A DNA stretch of 64,000 nucleotides from Longimicrobiales bacterium (GCA_965219445.1 CBDCNQ010000001.1:32001-96000); one strand, 5' to 3'; counted from the stretch's first letter, positions 19,163 through 30,598 are shown. Notes: a model not told the origin generated them from the sequence alone. Numbers and translations are program-made.

Positions 19163-19528
19163 CTAAAGGCCGCAGGTCCGGAGCGCCGGGTGGATCTCCA
19201 ACAGAATGACATCACCGGGGCTGGCCAGGACCGGACGCGTCGTGCAACGCCCATAGGCCAGCAAGTCGATTTCGATTCGAAGCTCTTCGATCGCATCCCA
19301 CGGGAGTATGAACTCGGCCGTTTGGGTTCCGATAACGATGCCCAGGCGGCGGCGTCCTCCGGACCAACTCACGTGCAGTGTGGCATCCTCGAAAGCGAAG
19401 TTAGTGACCTCGATGTTGATCCGGGCGTCCTCCGCGCTGACGAACGGACTCCTCGACGTCGTGCTGCAACCCAAGCCGGCGCCGGAGAGTACGACCCCGA
19501 TCACCGCTATGAGCCCATATTCCCTCAT
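19163..19528 (-). CDS. Hypothetical lipoprotein
   Basis: MREYGLIAVIGVVLSGAGLG-C lipobox-like signal. Confidence 0.7.
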   Translation of the reverse strand: MREYGLIAVIGVVLSGAGLGCSTTSRSPFVSAEDARINIEVTNFAFEDATLHVSWSGGRRRLGIVIGTQTAEFILPWDAIEELRIEIDLLAYGRCTTRPVLASPGDVILLEIHPALRTCGL

Positions 19529-19662
19529 CGTCGAGTTCCCCTTCGTTTGCATGCCCTCTGTGGACGAGCCCTGTGGACGAGTCGCCCCAGAAGATAGCTA
19601 CTCCCAGCGACTCGCTCGGGTCCTGTTGTCCGGACTGGCCGAGACACTTCTGGGACACCACA

Positions 19663-21168
19663 CTAGGACGGCGCGCGACCCTCGGCCAGCTCCTTCACGG
19701 CCTGAACCGCCTCGGACCAACCCGTTAGAAGAGTCGTACGCTCATCGTCGGACATCCTGGACGTGAACCAGGTGGCCTCCACCTGGGAGGCGAGAAAGTC
19801 ATCGGCGCTGGACCAGATTCCCGCTGCGAGTCCGGCTAAGCCCGCCGCTCCCAAGGCCGTCGTCTCCACGACATCCGGGCGGCGCACCGGGACCCCGAGC
19901 AACCCCGCCTGAAAGCGTAAGAGCCAATCGTTTCTCGCCGCTCCACCATCGACACGCAGCTCCGTCAATCTCGTCGAAGACTCCGCCTCCATGGCATCGA
20001 GGACCTCGTGCGTGCTGTATGCCATCGCCTCCAGCGCGGCCCGCACCAAGTGCCCGCGCGTCGTACCTCGCGTAAGACCAAAGAGTGCTCCACGAGCATC
20101 CGGTACCCAGTGTGGTGCCCCGAGCCCCACGAACGCTGGTACAAAGTAGACTCCGTCATTCGATTCCAGCCCTGCTGCCAGCGTCTCGGACTCGGATGCG
20201 TCGTCGATCAGGCCCAGTCCATCACGAAGCCATTGAATCGCCGCCCCCGCGATGAACACCGATCCCTCCAGAGCGAACGCCAACCCTCCCCCTGAATCAC
20301 ACGCCGCCGTGGTGAGGAGGCCGTGCCTCGAACGTACGATCCGCTCCCCGGTATGCATCAGGAGGAAGGCACCCGTACCGTACGTGCTCTTGGCCAAACC
20401 GGGAGACCAGCATCCCTGGCCGAATAACGCAGCCTGTTGGTCACCGGCGACTCCCGCGACCGGGACCTCGATCCCCAGAGCCTCACCCCGAACGACGCCG
20501 AAGTCACCGCTGCTGGCCCGCACGTCCGGAAGAAGCGCCTGGGGGATCTCGAGCGTGTCGAGAAGCCACGGATCCCACCCCGCGAGGGACAGGTTGTACA
20601 GCTGCGTGCGGGACGCATTCGTAGGGTCGGTCGCGTGGACCTCCCCGTTGGTGAGCCGCGCGATCAGCCATGAGTCGATCGTGCCGGCCGCCACCTCCCC
20701 CGCTTCGGCCCGTGCACGAAGTTCAGGACGCTCGCGAAGGAGCCAAAGCAGCTTCGTACCGGAGAAGTAAGGATCCAGCAGTAGTCCGGTGCGCTCGCGG
20801 ACTTCCGCCTCGTGGCCCGCCTCTTTGAGCTCAGCACACAACCCGGCGGTACGGCGGTCCTGCCAGACGATCGCGCGATGGAGGGGCTCCAGGGTCTCAC
20901 GATCCCAAAGGACGATGGTCTCGCGCTGGTTCGTGATCCCGATTCCTCTGACATCGGCCTTCACGGCGGTACCCAGAGCCTCACGAGCGACCGATTGCGT
21001 GACCTCCCAAATTTCCAGCGCGTCGTGCTCAACCCACCCAGGGTGGGGGAAGTGCTGTGTGAACTCCGAGTAAGCCCGGCCAAGGACCTGGCCATCCCCG
21101 GAGAGCACGAGGCAAGTGGTTCCCGTCGTGCCCTGGTCGATGGCGAGAATCGATGGGATGCGGCTCAT
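19663..21168 (-). CDS. glpK: Glycerol kinase
   Basis: AIDQGTTGT, GITNQRET, DPYFSGTK and GDQQAALFG motifs. Confidence 0.96.
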   Translation of the reverse strand: MSRIPSILAIDQGTTGTTCLVLSGDGQVLGRAYSEFTQHFPHPGWVEHDALEIWEVTQSVAREALGTAVKADVRGIGITNQRETIVLWDRETLEPLHRAIVWQDRRTAGLCAELKEAGHEAEVRERTGLLLDPYFSGTKLLWLLRERPELRARAEAGEVAAGTIDSWLIARLTNGEVHATDPTNASRTQLYNLSLAGWDPWLLDTLEIPQALLPDVRASSGDFGVVRGEALGIEVPVAGVAGDQQAALFGQGCWSPGLAKSTYGTGAFLLMHTGERIVRSRHGLLTTAACDSGGGLAFALEGSVFIAGAAIQWLRDGLGLIDDASESETLAAGLESNDGVYFVPAFVGLGAPHWVPDARGALFGLTRGTTRGHLVRAALEAMAYSTHEVLDAMEAESSTRLTELRVDGGAARNDWLLRFQAGLLGVPVRRPDVVETTALGAAGLAGLAAGIWSSADDFLASQVEATWFTSRMSDDERTTLLTGWSEAVQAVKELAEGRAPS

Positions 21169-21773
21169 GGACCTGCCTCGGGCGACGATGCGAAGGCGTA
21201 CTCCCATCCGCTCTGCTCGAAGAGCCTAAGGAGGAGGGCCACGGGTAGCCCGACCACGCCAAAGTAATCTCCGCGAATTTCGGTCACGAGCGAGGCACCG
21301 AGCCCCTGAATCCCATAACCGCCAGCCTTATCAAGAGGCTCGCCGGTCGCCACGTAGGCGTGCGCGAATCCGGCTGAGAAGGGACGGAAAGTGACCTCAG
21401 TGGTCGAGTGTCCGCTACGCATCTCGCCGGACGGGAGGGCGAGCGCGAGCCCGCTCGCCACCCTGTGAGTCCGGCCTGCCAATCGTAACAGCATGGCCTC
21501 CGCATCCTTCGGCCCCGATGGCTTCCCAAAGATTTCGTCGTCCAACGCTACGACCGTATCACCCCCGAGCACGACCACGCCGGGACGCACAGACGCGACC
21601 GCGGTAGCCTTGTCTCGAGCGAGCCGCTCGACGTGGGCCTCGGCCGACTCTTCAGGCTGGACGGTCTCGGGAACCTCGGCCGGCTGGACCGTGAATCTCA
21701 AACCGAGCATTCGGAGGCAGTCACTGCGACGCGGAGAAGTCGACGCCAATACGAGGGGCGGTGGACGACTCAC
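21165..21773 (-). CDS. maf: Maf-family nucleoside triphosphate pyrophosphatase
   Basis: [12 protein letters not shown] and [10 protein letters not shown] motifs. Confidence 0.93.
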   Translation of the reverse strand: MSRPPPLVLASTSPRRSDCLRMLGLRFTVQPAEVPETVQPEESAEAHVERLARDKATAVASVRPGVVVLGGDTVVALDDEIFGKPSGPKDAEAMLLRLAGRTHRVASGLALALPSGEMRSGHSTTEVTFRPFSAGFAHAYVATGEPLDKAGGYGIQGLGASLVTEIRGDYFGVVGLPVALLLRLFEQSGWEYAFASSPEAGP

Positions 21774-22210
21774 CGGTCGATGACCAGTGTCACTGGCCCA
21801 TCATTCGTCAGCGAGACATCCATCATCGCACCGAATTCCCCCGTGGCGACCCGGCCCGGCCGGCAGGCCTCGAGACGCTCCACGAAATGATCGTACAGCG
21901 GTATCGCGGTCTCCGGTGGTGCGGCATCTATGAAGCTTGGGCGCCGGCCTTTGCGGACGTCTCCATAGAGGGTGAATTGGCTCACCACCAGGATGGAGCC
22001 GTCCACGTCGGCCAGCGTGCGATTCATCTTGCCGGCGTCGTCTTGGAAAATGCGGAGCCCGATCACTTTGTCGGCCATCCACTCTACCTGATCGGTCGTG
22101 TCGCCGGCCTTGAAGCCCACCAACAGGACCTGCCCGAGACCGATCTCACCGACCACCCTACCCTCTATTGCGACGTTCGCCGCGCGGACGCGCTGAAGTA
22201 CGACCCTCAT
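21770..22210 (-). CDS. dtd: D-aminoacyl-tRNA deacylase
   Basis: [13 protein letters not shown] and NDGPVT motifs. Confidence 0.96.
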   Translation of the reverse strand: MRVVLQRVRAANVAIEGRVVGEIGLGQVLLVGFKAGDTTDQVEWMADKVIGLRIFQDDAGKMNRTLADVDGSILVVSQFTLYGDVRKGRRPSFIDAAPPETAIPLYDHFVERLEACRPGRVATGEFGAMMDVSLTNDGPVTLVIDR

Positions 22211-22229
22211 GGGAAGGCGGCCGCGCTCG

Positions 22230-24068
22230 TCACTCCACGGTGACCGACTTGGCCAGGTTGCGTGGTTGGTCCACGTCCTTATTCCGGAGAATGGCAGCGT
22301 GGTAGGCCAACAGCTGCAATGGAATCGAGGTCAGCACCGGCAACAAAGCGGGAACAGTCTGAGGCACTTCGATCACGTGATCCAGCTTGCCGATCAGTTC
22401 CAGCGCCTCCCCGCTCACTACGGCCAGGATACGGCCGCCTCGGGCGCTCACTTCCTCGATGTTGGAGACAACCTTCGCGTACACGGGATCCCGTGGAGCG
22501 AGCGCGACCACCGGCATGTTTTCGTCGATGAGGGCGATCGGGCCATGCTTCATCTCGGCCGCCGGGTATCCCTCGGCGTGGATGTAACTCACTTCCTTGA
22601 GTTTGAGCGCCCCCTCAAGTGCCACGGGGAACTGATAACCACGGCCTAGATACAGAAAATTCCGAGCGTCCCCATACTCCGCGGCGAGTTCCCTCGTAAG
22701 GGGCTCCAGCTCGAGCGCCTGCGCCACCTGATCCGGCAATTCCTTCAACGCCCCGACCAGCTCCCTTCCCTGGAGAACAGAGAGGTTCCTGCGACGCCCC
22801 AGGTAGAGCGTAAATAGAGCCAGGGCGACGATCTGACTCGTAAATGCCTTTGTCGAAGCAACCCCGATCTCCGGGCCGGCGTGAAGATAGATGCCGAAGT
22901 CGGTCTTCCTAGAGATCGACGATCCGACAACGTTGACGATCCCCATGGTCGAGGCGCCACGTGAGCGAGCCTCCTCGAGCGCGGCGAGTGTGTCGGCCGT
23001 CTCACCCGACTGGCTGATGGCCAAGACCAGCGTATCGTCTTCGATCACCGGGCTCCGATAGCGAAACTCGGACGCATATTCGACCTCGACGGGTATGCCC
23101 GCGAGTTCTTCGAGCATGTATTCGCCAATGAGAGCCGCATGCCAGCTCGTGCCGCACGCCGTGATCACGATTCGGCGGATCCTCGCCAGCGCTTCGTCGG
23201 ACAGCGTGATTCCACCCAAGCGCGCATCTCCGGTCTCCTCCAACAACCGTCCACGCATGACGTCGCGAAGGCTCTCCGGCTGTTCGTGAATCTCCTTCAG
23301 CATGAAATGTTCGTAGCCGCCCTTTTCGGCGGCCTCGAGATCCCACTCGATCTGATGGACGGAGCGCCGTACGTCGCCCTGCTCGATGTGGAAGACACGA
23401 TAGCCCGCGGCGGTGAGGACCGCGCAGTCGCCATCGTCGAGATATACGACGTCCTTCGTGTGCTGGATCACAGCGGACGCGTCGGAGCCCACGAGGTACT
23501 CGCCATTCTTGCCGATTCCAATGAGGAGCGGGCTCCCCTTTCGGGCCACCACGATCTTCCCCGGGTCACGGCTGCTCACGACCGCGATACCGTACGCCCC
23601 CTCGACCTGGTCGAGGCCCGCGAGAACCGCATCCTCGAGGACGGAATTCTCTTGGAAGGCCTCATCGATGAGATGGACCACCGCCTCCGTGTCCGTCTCC
23701 GTTTCGAACGCGTACCCGAGATCAGAAAGCTTGGATCGAAGTACATCAGCGTTCTCGATGATCCCGTTGTGAACCAGTGCAATGTCTCTTCCCTGACTCC
23801 AGTGCGGATGCGCGTTCATGCGGTTGGGGGCGCCATGCGTTGCCCAGCGCGTGTGGGCGATCCCGCACGTACCCGGTGGCATGCCCTCTTCGAGGACCGT
23901 CTCCAGCTCCGCGAGTTTGCCCTCCTCCTTTACCGTACACAGGCGCCCCTCGGGGCTGATCACGGTCAAACCAGCCGAATCATACCCACGGTACTCGAGG
24001 CGCCGGAGCCCCTCCAGGAGAATCGGGCCGGCCTCTTTGGCTCCAACGTATCCGATGATTCCACACAT
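22230..24068 (-). CDS. glmS: Glutamine--fructose-6-phosphate transaminase (isomerizing)
   Basis: [23 protein letters not shown] and [11 protein letters not shown] motifs. Confidence 0.98.
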   Translation of the reverse strand: MCGIIGYVGAKEAGPILLEGLRRLEYRGYDSAGLTVISPEGRLCTVKEEGKLAELETVLEEGMPPGTCGIAHTRWATHGAPNRMNAHPHWSQGRDIALVHNGIIENADVLRSKLSDLGYAFETETDTEAVVHLIDEAFQENSVLEDAVLAGLDQVEGAYGIAVVSSRDPGKIVVARKGSPLLIGIGKNGEYLVGSDASAVIQHTKDVVYLDDGDCAVLTAAGYRVFHIEQGDVRRSVHQIEWDLEAAEKGGYEHFMLKEIHEQPESLRDVMRGRLLEETGDARLGGITLSDEALARIRRIVITACGTSWHAALIGEYMLEELAGIPVEVEYASEFRYRSPVIEDDTLVLAISQSGETADTLAALEEARSRGASTMGIVNVVGSSISRKTDFGIYLHAGPEIGVASTKAFTSQIVALALFTLYLGRRRNLSVLQGRELVGALKELPDQVAQALELEPLTRELAAEYGDARNFLYLGRGYQFPVALEGALKLKEVSYIHAEGYPAAEMKHGPIALIDENMPVVALAPRDPVYAKVVSNIEEVSARGGRILAVVSGEALELIGKLDHVIEVPQTVPALLPVLTSIPLQLLAYHAAILRNKDVDQPRNLAKSVTVE

Positions 24069-24127
24069 GTGGCGGTTCCTCTGTTCTTGCGACTCTGTTC
24101 TTGAGGCTCTGTCGTCGAGACTCCGGA

Positions 24128-25528
24128 CTACATTACTCCCGCCAGGACGGCGGTCGCCCGCTCGATCAGTTCCTCAGCCTCGCTTCGCTGAGGCGCCTCA
24201 GCGATCAAACGCACGACCGGCTCCGTACCCGAAGGCCGGACGTGCAGCCAGGCTTGACGCTCCATCCACTGTAAGCGAGCACCATCGGCCGAGTCGACAC
24301 CGTCGCTGGGGAGTTGCCGCTCCAACTCGAAATACGCGTCGGACAGCGCTTTCTTCGGAAAGTCGATCTTCGTCTTCACGATCGTGTACACCGGCCACCG
24401 AGCCACGGCAGCCGAAAGCGTCGACCCCTCGTCTACTAGATGTTGCAAAATAAGTGCCGAAGCCACCGGTGCGTCTCGGGTGTGATGGAGGTCCGGCAGT
24501 ATCACGCCGCCGTTCCCCTCTCCCCCCACGACCGCACCGTCGGACTGCATACGGCGCGCCACGTTGATCTCTCCGACCGGCGCTCGGGCGAGCTCACCTC
24601 CGTGAGCAAGAACTACATCCTCCACAACGCGACTGGTGGACAGGTTGGTCACGACAATCCCGGGGGTCCGCCGGAGCACCACCGCCGAGGCGAGCGCGAG
24701 CGTCAGATCCTCCCCCAGGGGAATGCCACTCTCGTCTACCAGCGCCAGGCGGTCCACATCGGGATCGACCGCCAACCCGAGGTCCGCACCCTCGCCGCGC
24801 ACGAAGTGAGCGAAATCGGCGAGGTTGGCGGCCGTCGGTTCGGGATCACGCGGAAAGCGCCCGTCCATTTCGGTGTTGACCGAAACGACCTCGCACCCCA
24901 GCGCTTCGAGAAGCTCAGGCATGATGCTAGCCCCGGCGCCTCGCACACAGTCGAGGGCGACCTTGAACGCTCGGGCGCGCAATGCCGGAAGATCCAACTG
25001 TGGTAACTCGAGGATGGCTTCAAGGTGACGGGCGGCGGCTCCATCGTCGGCCCGCACGGTACCGAGCTCGTCCCAAGAAGCACGGGCGGGATCATCGTGC
25101 AGGGCGAACTCCAGGAACGCCGACATGGTCTCGGTATCCAGAAATGTGCCCTCTGAGCCCGCAAACTTGAGCGCGTTCCATTCAGCCGGATTGTGGCTGG
25201 CCGTGACTCCGATGCCACCGAGAGCATCCGATTTCTCAACGGCGAGCATGAGCGTCGGCGTGGCCACCACGCCAAGATCCACTACGTCGCAGCCCACGGA
25301 GACAAGGCCCGATGCCACAGCCCCAGCGAGCATCGGCCCCGAGGTTCGGGAGTCCCTTCCGATCAAGACGTCACCGCAGCGGGCCTCTCCAGTACCCGCC
25401 GAGCGTCTTACGAATGCCCCGAACGCCGCTGCCAGCGAACACGCGAGTTCGGGCGTCAACGGGTCCCCGACCCTCCCCCGAAATCCCGAAACACTCACGA
25501 TAAGCCCGTCTGGAATTATGAGAGGCAT
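24128..25528 (-). CDS. glmM: Phosphoglucosamine mutase / phosphohexomutase
   Basis: TASHNP, DPDVDR and RPSGTEP motifs; lies upstream of glmS. Confidence 0.85.
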   Translation of the reverse strand: MPLIIPDGLIVSVSGFRGRVGDPLTPELACSLAAAFGAFVRRSAGTGEARCGDVLIGRDSRTSGPMLAGAVASGLVSVGCDVVDLGVVATPTLMLAVEKSDALGGIGVTASHNPAEWNALKFAGSEGTFLDTETMSAFLEFALHDDPARASWDELGTVRADDGAAARHLEAILELPQLDLPALRARAFKVALDCVRGAGASIMPELLEALGCEVVSVNTEMDGRFPRDPEPTAANLADFAHFVRGEGADLGLAVDPDVDRLALVDESGIPLGEDLTLALASAVVLRRTPGIVVTNLSTSRVVEDVVLAHGGELARAPVGEINVARRMQSDGAVVGGEGNGGVILPDLHHTRDAPVASALILQHLVDEGSTLSAAVARWPVYTIVKTKIDFPKKALSDAYFELERQLPSDGVDSADGARLQWMERQAWLHVRPSGTEPVVRLIAEAPQRSEAEELIERATAVLAGVM

Positions 25529-25812
25529 GTATTCAGAAGCCCTTCGGGGACATGGCCACTCCTTTTCGGGTCACGGGCCGCCCGGGATGGAGCAGCCTCA
25601 GGAACACTACCCAGGGTGCTGGAGCACCGTCAACGATTTTGTGTGCTGTCCCAGGGATATCGAGGGGTGGCACCGGCGGGGGAACACCGGGTACAAACGG
25701 GCCATCATCGAGCCCTGGGAGATCGCCCACACGGTGGAAGGCGTCTTTCTCCGGTGTCGATCGGGGCGCCCCATGATCACGCTACCTGAACCGACCGAAT
25801 AAGAGGGACTGA

Positions 25813-26973
25813 ATGAAGAAGCCACCATCGGACGGGACCCGCTTCGGGACCCTCGCCGTACACGCTGGACAAGAGCCCGAACCGATGACGGGTGCGATCG
25901 TGCCACCGATCTTCCAGACTTCCACCTACGTGCAGCCGGACGTCGCCGAACCGAAGCAGGGCTTCGACTACGCCCGGGTAAAGAACCCCACCACGGAGGG
26001 GCTCGAAGGGAAGGTGGCGGCCCTCGAGGGAGGAACACACGGGATCGCGTTCTCCAGCGGGTTGGCGGCGATCGAAGCGGTGGTCAAGCGCCTCTCGGCC
26101 GGTGACCACGTGGTGTGCGAAGAGAATGTGTACGGAGGTGTGATCCGCATGTATTCGCAGGTCCTCGAGAAGCTCGGACTGGATTTCTCCTTCGTGGACA
26201 CGAGGGACCCGGAGCGGATCCGTGACGCGATGCGCCCCAACACCCGGCTGGTGCATATCGAAACGCCCACGAATCCGATGATGAGGCTGTGCGACATCCG
26301 AGCGGCGGCCGATATCGCGCACGAGGGAGACGCCCTCCTCATGGTGGACAGCACGTTTTCCTCACCGTTCAACCAGCGGCCTCTGGCGTTGGGGGCCGAC
26401 GTGACCATGCACTCCTCCACCAAGTACTTGAATGGCCATTCGGACATTATCGGGGGTGTGCTCGTGGTCAACGATGACGATCTCGACGAGGACATCCGGT
26501 TCGTCCGGAAATCTTCTGGCGCCGTCCCGGGGCCGACGGATGCCTGGTTGTGCCTGAGGGGGATCCGGACGCTCCACGTACGCATGGCCCGCCACAATGG
26601 GAATGGGCTGGCGGTCGCCAAATTCCTCGAAGCTCACAGCGCCGTCGAGCGGGTGCTCTACCCGGGTCTGGAGTCCCACCCCCAGCACGAGTTGGCTGCC
26701 CGTCAGATGTCTGGCTACGGTGGAATGGTGGCAGTCGACCTGGGCGACCCGGTGCGGGCCCGGGCCCTGGCCACCGATACTCGTGTATTCCAGCTTGCGG
26801 AGAGTCTGGGCGGCGTCCAGTCTCTTATCAGCGTGCCGGCGCTGCAGACGCACGCATCGGTGCCGGAGGAGATGCGGGAAGCGATAGGTGTCACCGAGGG
26901 AGTCGTGCGGCTCTCGGTCGGGATCGAGGACCTCGAAGATTTGACACAGGACCTGGACCAGGCGCTGGCCTGA
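25813..26973 (+). CDS. Cystathionine gamma-synthase/gamma-lyase family PLP enzyme
   Basis: PIFQTSTY, ETPTNP, HSSTKYLNGHSD and AESLGG motifs. Confidence 0.92.
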   Translation: MKKPPSDGTRFGTLAVHAGQEPEPMTGAIVPPIFQTSTYVQPDVAEPKQGFDYARVKNPTTEGLEGKVAALEGGTHGIAFSSGLAAIEAVVKRLSAGDHVVCEENVYGGVIRMYSQVLEKLGLDFSFVDTRDPERIRDAMRPNTRLVHIETPTNPMMRLCDIRAAADIAHEGDALLMVDSTFSSPFNQRPLALGADVTMHSSTKYLNGHSDIIGGVLVVNDDDLDEDIRFVRKSSGAVPGPTDAWLCLRGIRTLHVRMARHNGNGLAVAKFLEAHSAVERVLYPGLESHPQHELAARQMSGYGGMVAVDLGDPVRARALATDTRVFQLAESLGGVQSLISVPALQTHASVPEEMREAIGVTEGVVRLSVGIEDLEDLTQDLDQALA

Positions 26974-27077
26974 GGGCGGGTGCCCCGCGGCCGCGCCCTG
27001 AAACTTCCCCGCCGAGGGAGGCGGAAAGAGCTGAGGGCCCCTCACCCATCCGCACGGACCAAAGGAGATCGACAGCC

Positions 27078-28103
27078 ATGGCCGAGAACGACCAAGAAAA
27101 CGGAAACGCACAGGACGACGTGAACGGCCCGGACGATCAGGACGCGAGAGCTACACGTATCCTGACGGACATCGCCCCACGTGCCTGGGAGCACCCGGCC
27201 GATCGGGCCGCGCTGGCGGCGCTCAGGAAGGTTCCGGTCTTCGACGACGTGCTTCGTAAGCTCTTTGGCTTTTTCGGTGAGAAACCGATTCGCCTGGCGT
27301 TCCTCGCGAGTTCCGTACGAGTTTCGGAACGCCAGTTTCCACGCGTTTCGGACATCTACCAAGACGTTCTCAAGACGATCGACGCACCGGAGGATTACCC
27401 GCTCTTCATCTCGCAGACGCCCATCGTCAACGCCGGGGCCTACGGAATGGATGAGCCGTTCATCATCCTCAACTCGGGCACTGTGAACCTTCTGGAGGAC
27501 GACCAGCTCGCGTACGTCATCGGTCATGAGCTCGGTCACATCATGAGTGACCATGTCCTCTACCGGACGATGACCGTCCTCCTGATTCAACTCGCCGGCA
27601 TGGGGTTCCCCATCGTCGGACTCGCCGCACGGGCCGTACTCGTGGCACTCCTCGAGTGGTCCAGAAAGAGTGAGCTGTCGAGCGACCGGGCAGGGTTGCT
27701 GGCCGTGCAGAACCCGCAAAAGGTCATGGCCACGATGCTGAAGATGGCCGGAGGTGGGAGCGACGACGAGATGAATCTGGACGAATTCATCATTCAGGCG
27801 GAGGAGTATCGGGAGTCCGGCGATGTAGCGGATCAGGTATTCAAAGTCCTCAACCTCATGGGCCAGAGTCATCCCTTCTACGTGCTGCGCGTGGCCGAGA
27901 TTCGCTCATGGATCGAGGACGGAGAGTACGACCGGATCCTTCGCGGCGAATATATGCACCGCGGAGACCCGGACCCCGCGTACAATGAGGACTTGACGGA
28001 CGCGGCCAAAACGTACGCCGACGGAGCCAAAGATCTCTTCGGCCAAGTCGCGGGCGCCGCCAAGCGTATGGCCGATGACATCATGGGGGGCGCAAAGCGG
28101 TAG
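27078..28103 (+). CDS. M48-family zinc metallopeptidase
   Basis: HELGH, ELSSDRAG and SHP motifs. RBS AGGAG precedes ATG 27078. Confidence 0.9.
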   Translation: MAENDQENGNAQDDVNGPDDQDARATRILTDIAPRAWEHPADRAALAALRKVPVFDDVLRKLFGFFGEKPIRLAFLASSVRVSERQFPRVSDIYQDVLKTIDAPEDYPLFISQTPIVNAGAYGMDEPFIILNSGTVNLLEDDQLAYVIGHELGHIMSDHVLYRTMTVLLIQLAGMGFPIVGLAARAVLVALLEWSRKSELSSDRAGLLAVQNPQKVMATMLKMAGGGSDDEMNLDEFIIQAEEYRESGDVADQVFKVLNLMGQSHPFYVLRVAEIRSWIEDGEYDRILRGEYMHRGDPDPAYNEDLTDAAKTYADGAKDLFGQVAGAAKRMADDIMGGAKR

Positions 28104-28125
28104 CCGCGGAGCTACACTGGGGGCC

Positions 28126-29406
28126 ATGCGAATCCTCATCGTCGGAAACGGAGGCCGAGAGCACGCACTGGCTTGGAAGTTCTTCAGGGATGCGCCCCAA
28201 GCCACACTGTTCGTCACGCAGCCGAATGGAGGGATTTCCACGGGCGTCGAGCCGGTCGCGATCGCCCCCGGCGACATCGAGGCACTCGCGGGCTGGGCGA
28301 GCGCGCAAAGCATCGACCTGGTGGTGGTCGGACCGGAAGCCCCGCTCGCAACCGGTTTGGTAGACCGCCTGGAGCGTAGCGGGGTCCCCGCGTTCGGACC
28401 CACGAAGGAGGCCGCTCGCATCGAATCCAGCAAGAGCTATGCGAAGGCGCTGATGCAACGTGCCGAGGTCCCCACGGCGGACTTCGCTTCCTTCGTCGAC
28501 CACGGCGAGGCTTCCGCGTACGTGCGGGAACACGGAGCGCCCATCGTTGTGAAGGCGTCGGGGCTGGCGGCCGGAAAGGGTGCCATCGTCTGCGAGACCG
28601 TCGAAGAGGCGCTTCAAGCACTCGAGAGTATCATGGCCGACCGGGCCTTCGGGGAAGCAGGCAGGGAGGTCGTTGTCGAGGAGTTCATGCAGGGCGAGGA
28701 AATGTCGGTCTTCGCTCTGGCTGACGGTCGAGATGCCGTGCTGATGCTGCCCTCGCAGGACCACAAGCGCGTGGGTGAGGGTGATGTGGGGCCCAACACC
28801 GGCGGCATGGGCGCATACGCACCCGTCTCACTCTCTTCGGATGAGCTCCTGTTACAGGTCCATGACGACATTGTCGCGCCGACGTTGGCCGCGCTCGCCG
28901 AAGACGATTCGGAATTCCGGGGAGTCCTGTATGCGGGTATCATGCTCACGGAGGACGGACCGCGCGTCGTGGAGTTCAACTGCCGTTTCGGAGACCCCGA
29001 AACTCAGGTGGTACTTCCGTTGCTGGAGTCGTCCCTCTTGGATCCGATCTTGGAGGTGGCGAGGGGAGGGCGGCTCGGCGGCTCGACCCTGGAATGGAGT
29101 GCAGGAGCGGCCCTCACGACGGTGCTCGCCTCGGGGGGATACCCAGGTCCCTACGCGAAGGGTCGGTCCATCCACATTCCGGAGTCGGTGACCAGCGACC
29201 CCGATGTGCTCCTCTTTCACGCGGGTACGACGTCGGGTTCCGAGGGGCTTGAAACCTCCGGAGGGCGTGTAATCGCTGCCACCGGATTGGGGGCGACGCT
29301 GAGCCAGGCGGCCTCGAAGAGCCGAGAGGCGGCGACCGCCATCGAATTTTCCGGAAAGCAATTTCGGAACGACATCGGCTGGAGAGAGTTCGCGCGGTCC
29401 GGGTGA
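28126..29406 (+). CDS. purD: Phosphoribosylamine--glycine ligase
   Basis: GNGGREHA, GPNTGGMGAY and EFNCRFGDPE motifs. Confidence 0.97.
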   Translation: MRILIVGNGGREHALAWKFFRDAPQATLFVTQPNGGISTGVEPVAIAPGDIEALAGWASAQSIDLVVVGPEAPLATGLVDRLERSGVPAFGPTKEAARIESSKSYAKALMQRAEVPTADFASFVDHGEASAYVREHGAPIVVKASGLAAGKGAIVCETVEEALQALESIMADRAFGEAGREVVVEEFMQGEEMSVFALADGRDAVLMLPSQDHKRVGEGDVGPNTGGMGAYAPVSLSSDELLLQVHDDIVAPTLAALAEDDSEFRGVLYAGIMLTEDGPRVVEFNCRFGDPETQVVLPLLESSLLDPILEVARGGRLGGSTLEWSAGAALTTVLASGGYPGPYAKGRSIHIPESVTSDPDVLLFHAGTTSGSEGLETSGGRVIAATGLGATLSQAASKSREAATAIEFSGKQFRNDIGWREFARSG

Positions 29407-29423
29407 GACCCTCGCCGACGCGG

Positions 29424-29743
29424 GAAGGCTGCTGAAGAAGTACAGTGGGCCGCGTTGCGGATGCCACGGCCCCAGACCCTAGGCGGAGCGATGACGCCAT
29501 AGCCGTAGCTATGGCTAGGAGCTCCAACAACGGGGGCACCGCGCGAAGCGTGGTCGGGGCCGTGCCACCGCAACCCTCAACGTGTATATTCATGTCGTTC
29601 AAGGTCGTGGGCACTGGGCGGTTGTGCGGTTGATCCGGCGTCTCTCCTCCTCGCCGTAGCGCTGCTACGCCTCGTCGTCGTTCCTTGTCTGAACGCGCAC
29701 AAGCGCCCTGTGCGCGACCCGCTGTACTTCTTCAACAGCCTTC
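29424..29743 (+). mobile_element. MITE/REP-like element, copy 2
   Basis: Imperfect TIRs of about 31 bp: GAAGGCTGCTGAAGAAGTACAGTGGGCCGCG / CGCGACCCGCTGTACTTCTTCAACAGCCTTC. Confidence 0.88.
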
Positions 29744-29764
29744 TATCGACGATCATACGCGCCC

Positions 29765-30598
29765 ATGCCCGAGCTACCGGAGGTCGAGACCATCGTCCGG
29801 GGCCTCAACCCTGCTCTTCCCGGTAAGACGATCGAACACGTCCAGATCCTGCACGCGGACGTCCTTCGCCAACCACCGGAGGATTTCTCTGCCCTCCTGA
29901 GGGGCCAGGCATTCGAATCTCTCCACAGACGAGGAAAAAACATCGTTGCGCACCTCACCGAGGGCGTGGTCCTGGTTGTGAATCTGGGAATGACCGGTCG
30001 CCTCGTGCTGGCCCGAGACGAGAGGCGGATGACTCACCCGGCTGTGCGCTTTACGATGAGCGCGGGTCCCTTGCTCGTCTACGATGACGTGCGCCGTTTC
30101 GGAGCCCTGGAAGCGATCGACGAGGCCGAGTGGGCCGTACGTGATCGACACCTCGGCCCTGAACCGCTCTCATCGAGCTTTACCGCCCGACAGCTGCACA
30201 CCGATCTGTCCCGCTCCATTTCACCGATCCGGTCATGGCTGCTGGACCAGCGCCGGATGGCGGGTGTAGGCAACATCTACGCGAATGAGGCGCTTCACCT
30301 GGCCGGGATTCACCCGCAGCGGTCGGCCAGGTCCGTGACCGGGGGCGAAGCTCGAAGGCTCCATAGGGCGCTTCGCCGGACCCTGCGCAGTGCCGTGGAG
30401 AACCGGGGAACGACGCTCAGGAACTACACGGACCCCTCCGGAAATCCTGGTGACAACGCGACGCGATTGCGAGTCTACGGGAGGGACCGTGAGCCCTGCC
30501 TCCGCTGCTCTACGAGGATATGTCGATTGGTATTCGGAAATCGTACGGCGTTCTTTTGCCCAAGTTGCCAACCCCTCGCCACGGGCGACCAGGCGTGA
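29765..30598 (+). CDS. mutM: Formamidopyrimidine-DNA glycosylase
   Basis: MPELPEVE, GVGNIYANE and a C-terminal zinc finger. Confidence 0.97.
   Translation: MPELPEVETIVRGLNPALPGKTIEHVQILHADVLRQPPEDFSALLRGQAFESLHRRGKNIVAHLTEGVVLVVNLGMTGRLVLARDERRMTHPAVRFTMSAGPLLVYDDVRRFGALEAIDEAEWAVRDRHLGPEPLSSSFTARQLHTDLSRSISPIRSWLLDQRRMAGVGNIYANEALHLAGIHPQRSARSVTGGEARRLHRALRRTLRSAVENRGTTLRNYTDPSGNPGDNATRLRVYGRDREPCLRCSTRICRLVFGNRTAFFCPSCQPLATGDQA

Noticed and set aside
25672..25690. GTGTTCCCC-like type I-E CRISPR repeat start (minus strand)
   Set aside because: Single occurrence, with no spacers and no cas genes.
25529..25812. glmS ribozyme or SAM riboswitch
   Set aside because: The glmS core (AGCGCC...GACGAGG) and the SAM-I core are not present on the relevant strands.
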